This document shows positions 1 through 7,913 of a stretch of 64,000 bases of DNA, piece by piece. The notes under the pieces were generated by a model. It did no database searches and was not told the DNA's origin. It was given only the letters and a program-made list of their open reading frames with translations. Made by a program: the position numbers and the translations under genes. The stretch comes from Candidatus Aminicenantes bacterium (GTDB taxonomy: Bacteria; Acidobacteriota; Aminicenantia; Aminicenantales; Aminicenantaceae), in the NCBI GenBank assembly GCA_011773465.1, contig WVXO01000061.1:50347-114346 (forward strand). The letters are read 5' to 3'. The number at the start of each line of letters is the position of its first letter. Position 1 is the stretch's first letter.

Positions 1-1
1 A

Positions 2-145
2 GCAGTTTTAAGGACAGTGGAACCCTACTCCCCTAAAGCCCTGGCTTCCCTGGATTGGAAAAGACAGCAGAGCGAATTAGCGTCTCAAAAGATAGACGAC
101 CTGCATCAAAGGATTTTCTCACGAAGGAGGGAATTAAGCATCTGA
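2..145 (+). CDS. 3' end of an ORF cut by the window edge (hypothetical protein)
   Basis: Frame 2 is open from the first base to TGA at 143-145 (..DWKRQQSELASQKIDDLHQRIFSRRRELSI*). No recognisable family. Confidence 0.2.
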   Translation, partial: AVLRTVEPYSPKALASLDWKRQQSELASQKIDDLHQRIFSRRRELSI

Positions 146-514
146 GTCGCTTCTTGCCTCTTCAGGGGCAACAACTTCTAAACTTTAGTTTCTAAGTTGC
201 ATCTCCTCAACCTAGCGTGATCCCACGGCTAGGTCAAAATCTTTTACCTACACACCACCTCTCCCTCATCCAGTATAACAATAAAAATATGGTGTTCAGA
301 GAAGTTTTCTTATCATTCAAAGCAGTCAAAAGGATTAATATTATATATAGGGCTCATGAAAATAATTAAAAACAACAACAACGAAGGCAGGCAGTACCAG
401 TCGCACCCTTCCATACTCATGGGCTCTAGTGCGACTTGGCTCTCTTTTAAAAGTAAAATCTTTCCAATCACTCGCAGTGCCAGCTGTCTGCCTCTCTTAT
501 ATAAAGGAAAATAA

Positions 515-868
515 ATGAGATGTACAGCAATAACGAGATCTGGTCAAGGATGTAGAATGTTCGCTTTACGAGGTGAAGACAAGTGTGTCATTCATAGCCA
601 GTCTGAAGTAGCAGTGAAGGCACGACAAAGACCAGCAAAAGCGCTTACAAAAAAGGAGATAATAGCGGAACTGCAAATACAACTGCGAAATGTGAAAAGT
701 TCCAAAGCAGACCCATTAGAAAAAAGCAGGGAAATTCGTATGCTTCTTGCCCAAATCAGCGATCTCAAAAAAGATGAAAGGCTTCCTAAGGAGAAGGAAG
801 AGCTTAAGAAAGAGGGAGACACGTTTGATGAGAGGGTGAGGAAAAGTATGGAGGAAAAGGAGAAATAA
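515..868 (+). CDS. Small Zn-binding (C-x9-C-x10-C-x2-H) plus coiled-coil protein, possibly a small-terminase/DNA-recognition subunit
   Basis: N-terminus RCTAITRSGQGCRMFALRGEDKCVIH followed by a charged helical tail. AAGGA Shine-Dalgarno (SD). Lies immediately upstream of the large terminase with a 3-nt gap. Confidence 0.5.
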   Translation: MRCTAITRSGQGCRMFALRGEDKCVIHSQSEVAVKARQRPAKALTKKEIIAELQIQLRNVKSSKADPLEKSREIRMLLAQISDLKKDERLPKEKEELKKEGDTFDERVRKSMEEKEK

Positions 869-871
869 ATT

Positions 872-2401
872 ATGGGAGAAAGAAGAAGCAAACCGAATAT
901 TATCGAAGCTATGGATTCACCAGAATTATTTCGTCCACTATTTAAAGATATGAGTACATGGAAGGCGTGGAGAACAGTGTTAAAAGCATTATATGGTTTA
1001 GAGTTTGAGAAGGACGAACAAGAGCTTTTCACTGAACACACGGAAAGAAAGACCATTCCTGAAGGTGGATTCAAAGAGGTGTATTGCATAGTTGGGGCGA
1101 GGGGTGGAAAATCATATATGAGTGCGCTTATTGCTTGCTATACAGCTCTTTTTGGAGACTTTAGCGAACACTTGGCAAAGGGAGAACGAGCATGGATATT
1201 CACAATCGCTACGGACAAAGACCAAGCGAGAATAGTTTTGGATTATATTAAAGGGATTCTTTCTCTCTTTCCCGATATGATAGAGAAAGACCTGATGTGG
1301 CAGATAGAGCTAAAAAATCGCATCAACATCAGTGTTAAAACTTGCAACTATCGTGCTGGACGTGGGTTCTCTACAGCATGTATAATTTTAGATGAGTTAG
1401 CATTTTATCGTGATGAACGAAGTGCTAATCCTGCTGAAGAACTACTTATCTCCTTGCTCCCGCGTCTCCTACCAAATGGGCTTTTGATTGGGATTAGTAC
1501 ACCATATGGCAAATTTGGTTACCTCTACGAAGTCTATAAAGCGCACTATGGTGATGACACCAGTGATGTCCTCGTATGGAAAGCACCAACTGTGATAATG
1601 AATCCTAAACACTCTCAGACTTGGATCGATAGGTTGTTGAAGCGTGATAAAGTAAAAATGCGAGCAGAATATGAAGCTGTGTTTCGTGAAGACGTTGAGA
1701 CATATCTCTCAGAAGAAGAAATTGATGCCATCACAACCAAGGGTATAAAGTCCTATCTGCCAATGGTGGGCAAAAGATATTTTGCATTTTGCGACATGAG
1801 TGGAGGGAGAAAAGATTATTTCGCCCTCTCTATAGGACATAATGAGGGGGATAAGGTGATAATTGACAGAATTGAACTGAGAAAGCCACAGGATCCAGCA
1901 ACTGTGTGTGATGATTTCACAATAATTCTAAAGCATTATGGTCTCTCTCGTCTTACGGGGGATAGATATGCGGGTGAGTGGCCTCGCTCTGCTTTCGTCA
2001 AGCGAGGCATATCTTATGAAATCTCCAAGCTGGATAAAAATGATATATACATCAATTTTCAGCCTCTCATTGCGATGAGGAAGGTTCAATTGCCTGAAAG
2101 CGAAATTCTGAAGAACCAATTGCTTTCTCTTGAGAGGAAAACAAGGCAAGGTGGTAAGGATGCTATAGAGCATCCCAGAGGTTTACATGATGACCTTGCG
2201 AATGCGATCGCGGGCTGTGCAGTTATGCTGGCACAAGGTGGCACAATTTCATTGACGCCTGAATATATGTTAGCCCGTCTCCCAGCAATGAGAGGTCGTC
2301 ACTACCGTTCTCTAGACGAAGAGGAAGTGGAGGATTTGAGGATGCAGCAAGAGGTCATTGCTGAGGCAAGGAGAAAAAAATTAAAAACAGAGGAGGAATA
2401 A
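872..2401 (+). CDS. terL: Phage terminase large subunit
   Basis: Walker A GARGGKS and Walker B CIILDELAF. C-terminal RNaseH-like nuclease part with FCDMSGG and HDDLANAI. Strong SD AGGAG 9 nt upstream. Confidence 0.85.
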   Translation: MGERRSKPNIIEAMDSPELFRPLFKDMSTWKAWRTVLKALYGLEFEKDEQELFTEHTERKTIPEGGFKEVYCIVGARGGKSYMSALIACYTALFGDFSEHLAKGERAWIFTIATDKDQARIVLDYIKGILSLFPDMIEKDLMWQIELKNRINISVKTCNYRAGRGFSTACIILDELAFYRDERSANPAEELLISLLPRLLPNGLLIGISTPYGKFGYLYEVYKAHYGDDTSDVLVWKAPTVIMNPKHSQTWIDRLLKRDKVKMRAEYEAVFREDVETYLSEEEIDAITTKGIKSYLPMVGKRYFAFCDMSGGRKDYFALSIGHNEGDKVIIDRIELRKPQDPATVCDDFTIILKHYGLSRLTGDRYAGEWPRSAFVKRGISYEISKLDKNDIYINFQPLIAMRKVQLPESEILKNQLLSLERKTRQGGKDAIEHPRGLHDDLANAIAGCAVMLAQGGTISLTPEYMLARLPAMRGRHYRSLDEEEVEDLRMQQEVIAEARRKKLKTEEE

Positions 2402-2402
2402 A

Positions 2403-2705
2403 ATGAGTTTATTGAGTGTGATAAAAGAAGAAATAAAATCTGCTAAAAAGAAGAGTGATAAATCGAGTTTGTCAAAACGATTCAAAAAGAAAGGGAAAAG
2501 TACAGGTCGATTTACTTATGAACAGTGTCTCCAACAAATTGAGAGTGGAATTTATTATCAAGATTCACCATCTTGGGTAATAAAAGAAATCAGAAGAAAA
2601 ATGAAGGAAGAAGCCAGAAAGATAAAAAGTCCCGAAGAAGAGATGGATGAATATATGCAGAAATTAGGTGGCACCCCTATAGATAGGGGGAAAGCTCGAA
2701 GATGA
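2403..2705 (+). CDS. Small lysine-rich hypothetical protein
   Basis: ATG lies 1 nt after the terL stop, with SD GAGGAGG. No recognisable family. Confidence 0.55.
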   Translation: MSLLSVIKEEIKSAKKKSDKSSLSKRFKKKGKSTGRFTYEQCLQQIESGIYYQDSPSWVIKEIRRKMKEEARKIKSPEEEMDEYMQKLGGTPIDRGKARR

Positions 2706-2895
2706 TAAAAAAAACGACTAAAAACGAGTCAAAAAGCCTTATCCAACCCCCAAGGCCCATTGAGATCGTTTAAATGCAGGCGTCTGGAGGCCTTCTGCAC
2801 TCGGGTAAAGCTATGGTGAATAATCCCCTCAGGGAAAAGGTGTTTCGATTGAAATGAAGATTTTAATAGAATGTAAAAAAACTTTACAAAAACAC

Positions 2896-2924
2896 TTTAC
2901 TTTTTAATTTCTTTAAGGTAAAAT
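2896..2924 (+). promoter_or_regulatory. Candidate sigma70-type promoter (TTTACT-17-TAAAAT) in front of the non-coding region upstream of the integrase
   Basis: Hexamers read directly at 2896-2901 and 2919-2924 with a 17-nt spacer. A duplicated ACTTTAC motif lies just upstream. Confidence 0.3.
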
Positions 2925-3214
2925 AATCGTGAAGGTTTAATTAGGCAATGAATCATCCGATAAACCAAAGAGAGAATCTATATTTTGGCAGGCCGAGCTG
3001 CGGTTTAATCTTTCTGGATTTCCCATCCCAGAGACCTTGTTTATATCCAGGAGATACAATTCATTCCAATTCATTGCCTATGGATTGGCCTTCACCTGTG
3101 GCTCGCCTGCCTGTTTCTAAAAAAAACAACACTGTCCAGCATGGACTATTCGACAGCGTCCGAGGGGGCACTTGATGCGTAACCTGCGGCTGTCAAAAGG
3201 AGCAAAAATGTTAA

Positions 3215-4624
3215 ATGAAAAGTGCCCGTCAACAGGACAAATTAATTACTGTAAAGGAGGTGAGTAAAATTTTAGGTATCCATCCTCAAACGGTCAGCGA
3301 TAGGGCTAGAGAGGAAATAATTCCCAGCTACAAAATCAATGGCTTGAGACGCTTCAGAGCAAATGAGATTGAGGATTGGATACAAGAAAGAGGACAAAAA
3401 GTCCTAGATTCAAATCTCTCTCCACGACTAGTTTTTAACTGGAGAGAATTTGAAAAACTCTTTAAAGGAGGAACCAGCATGAAAGTCGTTCAAGTAAGCG
3501 ACACTCGCTGGTTCTGTGGTTTCGGGGGATTTTTCTACAGATTAGATGAGCATGGTATTAAGCGCTGGATGATTTGGTTCTACGACGAGAACAACAAAAG
3601 AGTCCATAAAGCTGTTAAACACGTTACCTGTAAGAAAGAAGCCTTGATAGCCTTAGAGGGTGAAAGAAGGATTGCCTTTATGAAGAGGTATAATCCTGAA
3701 GAAGCTGAGGAGAATAAGAAACGAATTAGTTTTGCCAAATTAGCCGAGGAATGGATGGAGCAGAGTACCCGTAAGAATAAGTCCAACGATCGCAGTGTGT
3801 TGAAAAACTTGGTGAGCTTTTTCGGTAATACTGCGATAGCTGAAATCACTAGGCTCGATATAAGACGCTATATTGCCGAGTCCCAGAAAAAGAGCAATGC
3901 GGCTGGCTCTATTTGCGAAAGGCTACAGGTGATGAGGGCTATTCTTAATTATGCTATGGAAATGGAATATGAATTGGAAAAGAATCCTATAGTAGCTAAG
4001 GATTTTCCAAAGGTAAAGAAAAAACGGAAGATTCCTTTGGAAATGGATGAGTTGAAATTACTGTTCCAAATTGCCGAGAAAAAGTATCCTCATATGCTTC
4101 CAGTATTAACTTGTGCTTGTATGACAGGAATGAGAAGAGGCGAGATTGAAACTCTTAGATGGGATGATGTAGATTTAGAAGCACGTTGGATTAAAGTAAA
4201 AGCTGAGAATAATAAAAGCGGAAGGGAAAAAGAAATTGCCATCAACAAAACCCTATTATTTGTTCTTGAAGATTTGAAGAAGTTGGAAAAAGCGGATAGC
4301 GGTTATGTCTTTGTCTATCATAATCGCAGACTTAATCGTATATCTCGTGCTCCTGTGAAATTTCATTTCGAGCAGATTGTAGAGGAAGCTGGATTAAAAG
4401 GCAAAGCTCATTTCCACCTACTTCGCCACACAGTAGCTTCGGCGCTGGCTAGAGCTGGCGCTGACCCAGTGAGTATTCAGTATATGTTAGGCCATGCTAA
4501 TCTTTCTACCACCGAGATCTATCTCCATCCCCATGAGGATGCTAAGCGTAAAGCCGCTGAACTGCTTGAAAAGCAGTTACCTATCAGTAACTTGAATGGA
4601 GAAAAATCTCCTTTACAGGGGTAA
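3215..4624 (+). CDS. Tyrosine recombinase/integrase with an N-terminal excisionase-type (MerR-like) helix-turn-helix
   Basis: N-terminus LITVKEVSKILGIHPQTVSDRAREEIIPSYKINGLRRFRANEIEDWI. C-terminal catalytic motifs MTGMRRGEI, HLLRHT and GHANLSTTEIYLH (R..HxxR..Y). Confidence 0.9.
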   Translation: MKSARQQDKLITVKEVSKILGIHPQTVSDRAREEIIPSYKINGLRRFRANEIEDWIQERGQKVLDSNLSPRLVFNWREFEKLFKGGTSMKVVQVSDTRWFCGFGGFFYRLDEHGIKRWMIWFYDENNKRVHKAVKHVTCKKEALIALEGERRIAFMKRYNPEEAEENKKRISFAKLAEEWMEQSTRKNKSNDRSVLKNLVSFFGNTAIAEITRLDIRRYIAESQKKSNAAGSICERLQVMRAILNYAMEMEYELEKNPIVAKDFPKVKKKRKIPLEMDELKLLFQIAEKKYPHMLPVLTCACMTGMRRGEIETLRWDDVDLEARWIKVKAENNKSGREKEIAINKTLLFVLEDLKKLEKADSGYVFVYHNRRLNRISRAPVKFHFEQIVEEAGLKGKAHFHLLRHTVASALARAGADPVSIQYMLGHANLSTTEIYLHPHEDAKRKAAELLEKQLPISNLNGEKSPLQG

Positions 4625-4652
4625 ATTATGTGTGCTATTATTTTCATTCAAA

Positions 4653-5036
4653 ATGAAAACTGATATCAGAGTCATAAAACTCATAGGCTATGTCATACTG
4701 GGATGGCTCATCCCTGGAGCAGGGCATATTTCTCAAAAAAAATTCTGGAAAGGCGGGATATTTTTCGTCTGCATCTATTCCATGGCAGCCCTTGGTTTGC
4801 TCATGGGAGGTAAAATTTACTCCTTACAGGCAGAAAATCCTCTCACAATTCTTGCTTTTCTTTCTGATCTAGGGAGTGGCCTCCTCTACATTCTTTCTAA
4901 AATTTTCTATTTTGGTTTAGGAAACTTGAAGAATACAACTTTCGAATTCGGCACTGCCTATATTGCAGGTGCAGGTCTCCTGAATTATCTCGTCACGCTG
5001 GATGCCTTTGATATTGCCAGAGGAAAAAAGGAATGA
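4653..5036 (+). CDS. Small integral membrane protein (GWLIPGAGH motif, about 4 transmembrane segments (TM))
   Basis: Hydrophobic ORF. I prefer the ATG at 4653 (MKTDIRV) over the track start at 4596, which overlaps the integrase. Confidence 0.55.
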   Translation: MKTDIRVIKLIGYVILGWLIPGAGHISQKKFWKGGIFFVCIYSMAALGLLMGGKIYSLQAENPLTILAFLSDLGSGLLYILSKIFYFGLGNLKNTTFEFGTAYIAGAGLLNYLVTLDAFDIARGKKE

Positions 5037-5212
5037 TTTTAAAAAGCCATCTTCTGTCGATGATTCTTTATGCAGCGTTCGTGTGCATCGTCTTAGCCCT
5101 CATACGAAGATCAGAAAGAAGAAGCCAGATAAAATACGCTATTTCTCTCTTTTTCCTGATGGTTGTCGGAGCACTCCTTTTTGGCTGGTTTATGTATCTT
5201 TTCACGTTATAG
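5033..5212 (+). CDS. 59-aa two-TM membrane protein, not in the ORF track (below its length cut-off)
   Basis: Hand translation gives MILKSHLLSMILYAAFVCIVLALIRRSERRSQIKYAISLFFLMVVGALLFGWFMYLFTL*. Its ATG overlaps the upstream stop (ATGA at 5033-5036). Confidence 0.4.
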   Translation: MILKSHLLSMILYAAFVCIVLALIRRSERRSQIKYAISLFFLMVVGALLFGWFMYLFTL

Positions 5213-5231
5213 CCCACTCCCTTCTCTAAAT

Positions 5232-5447
5232 GGGGTCAGGTCTTGCTTTTTTCTTGTCTCATAAACCTCATAAAAACGTAAAAAAATCTCACTTCAAGGA
5301 TGAAAGCAGAATAGATACCTCATATCTTAAGGATGAGATTGCAACGCTCCTCTGGCTATTTAAGAAAAGAGCGGGATTACCTGCGATGTAATGGAATATT
5401 ATAAATTGAGTTTTTACAAATACACGCAAAAAGAAAGACCTGACCCC
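5232..5447. repeat. Family-A palindromic repeat, expanded/composite copy (termini GGGGTCAGGTCTTGC ... AAGACCTGACCCC)
   Basis: Terminal inverted repeats at 5232-5246 and 5434-5447. The first ~45 nt align with the reverse complement of the copy at 56337-56415, including CTCATAAAAACGTAA at 5267-5281. Confidence 0.7.
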
Positions 5448-5469
5448 ATCATTGAACCCATCAACTTCT

Positions 5470-5497
5470 TTGAAACCTCAAATTGATATGTTATAAT
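5470..5497 (+). promoter_or_regulatory. Near-consensus sigma70 promoter with extended -10 (TTGAAA-16-TGtTATAAT)
   Basis: Hexamers read directly at 5470-5475 and 5492-5497, with TG at 5489-5490. Lies 14 nt upstream of the gatB-fragment ATG. Confidence 0.55.
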
Positions 5498-5510
5498 CTC
5501 CCCTAAATTG

Positions 5511-5633
5511 ATGAACTCCCAAATCTATGAGTCTGTTATCGGATTAGAAATTCATGCTCAACTTTCAGCAAAAACAAAATTTTTCTGCGGCTGCAGCACT
5601 CAATTCGGAAATCCTCCAAACTCTGCAAAGTAA
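5511..5633 (+). pseudogene. gatB: 5' fragment (40 codons) of gatB (Asp/Glu-tRNA amidotransferase subunit B)
   Basis: Hand translation [40 protein letters not shown] matches the conserved GatB N-terminus (VIGLExH.QL..K.K.FC.C...FG..PNT). It then stops at TAA 5631-5633, and no GatB-like sequence follows. Confidence 0.75.
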
Positions 5634-5709
5634 TGAAGAAAAGAACCGAGCATACTCTTTTGAATAATGAGGGATATTATTCCTCCAAGTTTTCTTCGCG
5701 AAGCTTAGG

Positions 5710-6375
5710 ATGATAGAATTATATCATATCTGGAAGCAGTACCAACCTCCCCGGTGGGCTCTCTCTGATATTACATTCACAGTGAAAAGAGGGGATTTCT
5801 TCTTTATCACTGGACCCAGCGGTTCAGGAAAAACAACCCTTTTAAAAATGATATTGAGGGAGATCTATCCTACTCAAGGTCAAATCATCGTTGACGGAAA
5901 AAATGTTGTCAGAATTCACGACCACAAAATTTATAAACTGAGAAGAATTATTGGTAGTGTCTTTCAAGACTTTCGCCTCCTCTTCCACAAGAAGGTGTTC
6001 GAGAATGTGGCGATTGTGCTCAGGGTTATCGGAATTTCTCGCAAAGAAATCAGAAGAAGAGTTTTCAATGCTCTGAGGGTAGTCAACCTTCATCACAAAA
6101 TGTGGGAGTATCCTTCACAACTTTCCTACGGCGAGCAGCAGAGATTGGCAATTGCCAGAGCTGTAGTGAACAACCCAAAAATCCTCCTGGCAGACGAGCC
6201 AACAGGAAACCTCGATCCTGAGCTTGCCTTTGAAATCATTACTTTATTCAAGGAAATAAACAAACAAGGTGCCACAGTTGTTATTTGTACCCATGATCGA
6301 GAGTTAATCCGCCATTTTGGCGAGAAAATTCTATTCCTTTATAAAGGGAAATTAATCAGAAAGGAAGCACTCTAA
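5710..6375 (+). CDS. ftsE: Cell-division ABC ATPase FtsE
   Basis: Walker A GPSGSGKTT, signature LSYGEQQR and Walker B ILLADEP. Followed by ftsX. Confidence 0.9.
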   Translation: MIELYHIWKQYQPPRWALSDITFTVKRGDFFFITGPSGSGKTTLLKMILREIYPTQGQIIVDGKNVVRIHDHKIYKLRRIIGSVFQDFRLLFHKKVFENVAIVLRVIGISRKEIRRRVFNALRVVNLHHKMWEYPSQLSYGEQQRLAIARAVVNNPKILLADEPTGNLDPELAFEIITLFKEINKQGATVVICTHDRELIRHFGEKILFLYKGKLIRKEAL

Positions 6376-7271
6376 TTATCCAAAAATTAAAATACTTTCT
6401 CAAAGAAACGCTCAGAAACCTCTGGCAGTATAGAATTCGTAACTTTTTCTCGATCACTATCATCTGTCTGTCATTTCTAATATTTGGAGTATTTCTCTCC
6501 CTCTCCAACAACCTCCATTTTACAGCTCAACAGCTCTCTAAAAACATGATGATCATCTTTTTTCTGGAGAAGAATCTACCTGAAAAACAAAGAAGCCTCG
6601 TAGAGGAAAAGCTAAGACAATCATCTTTGATAGAAGAGGTTCAATTTATCAGTCCAGAACAAGCCCTAGAACAATTCCAGAATAATTTTCCAGAACTCCG
6701 AAGAATCATCGAAAATTTAAGGGTAAATCCTTTGCCCTCTTCCTTTGAGGCAACGATCAGTGAAGAAAATTTCTCCTCTGTCGAAACGCTGGCGTTCATC
6801 CAGGAAATGAGAGAAATGAATGGAATCGAGGATATTCAATTCAACAGGGATTGGGTTGAAAAAATGCAGTCCCTCAGCAGATTGGCTCAGGCTGTTGGAT
6901 TTTTTTTAGGAGGGATATTGGTTTTGGCCTCCTTTTTTATCATCTCTAATGTCATCAAGCTTAATGTTTTTGCCCGCCACGAGGAAATCGAAATCCTCCG
7001 TCTTGTCGGAGCAACAAACACTTTTATCAGAATACCCTTTCTTATGGAGGGAATGATTCTTGGGATACTTGGAGGGCTGGTCTCGCTCTTGCTGATTTTT
7101 TTCCTGATAAAGTTCTTCCCTCTTTATTTGGGAGTCTCATTGGGAGTTTTCAGTGAACTCATCAATTTCCGCTATCTTTCCCTTTCTCAAATCATCATGC
7201 TCATCGCAACAGGGGCATTCATCGGCTTCTCCGGAAGCCTCAGCTCCCTTGCTCGCTTTCTCAAAGTATAA
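6375..7271 (+). CDS. ftsX: Cell-division permease-like protein FtsX (start extended upstream of the track call, non-ATG start)
   Basis: The frame is open from 6345. Codons 6375-6545 encode IIQKLKYFLKETLRNLWQYRIRNFFSITIICLSFLIFGVFLSL, which is the conserved FtsX N-terminus plus TM1. The track ORF starting at 6546 misses this. Confidence 0.75.
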   Translation: MIQKLKYFLKETLRNLWQYRIRNFFSITIICLSFLIFGVFLSLSNNLHFTAQQLSKNMMIIFFLEKNLPEKQRSLVEEKLRQSSLIEEVQFISPEQALEQFQNNFPELRRIIENLRVNPLPSSFEATISEENFSSVETLAFIQEMREMNGIEDIQFNRDWVEKMQSLSRLAQAVGFFLGGILVLASFFIISNVIKLNVFARHEEIEILRLVGATNTFIRIPFLMEGMILGILGGLVSLLLIFFLIKFFPLYLGVSLGVFSELINFRYLSLSQIIMLIATGAFIGFSGSLSSLARFLKV

Positions 7272-7280
7272 AATCCCTAC

Positions 7281-7913
7281 TTAAAATATTTTACTCGTCC
7301 TTCTGTGGGCTTCTCTCAAAGGCTCGGGAATCCTGAATTTCGAACAGCTGAGTACAAACTTCATGGCGGACATGAAATCAATCCTATGTCCTGGAGATAC
7401 AAAAATCGGCTTCACACCGGAACGAGTTCTCAAGCAAATCCCCGCTTTTTCTTTTCTCTCATCCCTGAAAAAAGTGTAGGACCCTTTTTCCTCCAGAGGT
7501 AGGACAAAAGGGAAAAAAGGAGTTTTCGCACATCCTATTGTACAGATATCCAGGATAACTCCGACATAGGAGGCTAGCCCCATTTTTCTGGGATGAGCAA
7601 TCCCGTTTCCATCGACAAGAGTCATATCAGGTTTGTTTCTTATTTTTCGGAAAGCATCAAAAAAAACAGGACCCTCTCTATAAGCTAAATATCCGGGAAG
7701 ATAAGGAAATTCAATTTCTCTTACTGCTTCTGATATCTCAACAATCTCAAGCTCAGGCATTTTGAAAATAACTATACTCGCTCCAATCTTTTTTTCTTTA
7801 TAGCCATAGCCAAAGTCAGCCCCTGCCATAAGATTGACCTCTCTGCCATCCCATTTCAAGATCAGCCTGGTCGAAAGTCTCCGCTGCGCTTCAGCGGCTT
7901 TCTCTAGATTCAT
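7281..7913 (-). CDS. nfi: Endonuclease V (deoxyinosine 3' endonuclease)
   Basis: AGADFGY and DGNGIAHPRKMGLASYVG motifs, with typical length. Confidence 0.88.
   Translation of the reverse strand: MNLEKAAEAQRRLSTRLILKWDGREVNLMAGADFGYGYKEKKIGASIVIFKMPELEIVEISEAVREIEFPYLPGYLAYREGPVFFDAFRKIRNKPDMTLVDGNGIAHPRKMGLASYVGVILDICTIGCAKTPFFPFVLPLEEKGSYTFFRDERKEKAGICLRTRSGVKPIFVSPGHRIDFMSAMKFVLSCSKFRIPEPLREAHRRTSKIF

Larger units (their letters stand above)
1..4624 (+). mobile_element. Right-hand end of an integrated phage-like element (packaging genes plus integrase). The left boundary lies outside the window.
   Basis: Co-directional Zn-ribbon/coiled-coil protein, large terminase, small basic protein and tyrosine recombinase. 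No att direct repeat or tRNA target was found, so the boundaries are provisional. Confidence 0.5.

Noticed and set aside
2948-3175. 75-aa ORF between the packaging genes and the integrase
   Set aside because: The translation is Pro/Ser-rich and non-protein-like and has no SD. The region is better explained by base-pairing potential, so I treat it as non-coding.
4625-5510. tRNA/tmRNA integration target or att core next to the integrase (also searched in 1-514 and 2706-3214)
   Set aside because: No T-loop/acceptor-like sequence (GGTTCGAAT-type) was found, and no direct repeat pair within the window. The other element end is outside the window, so att cannot be defined.
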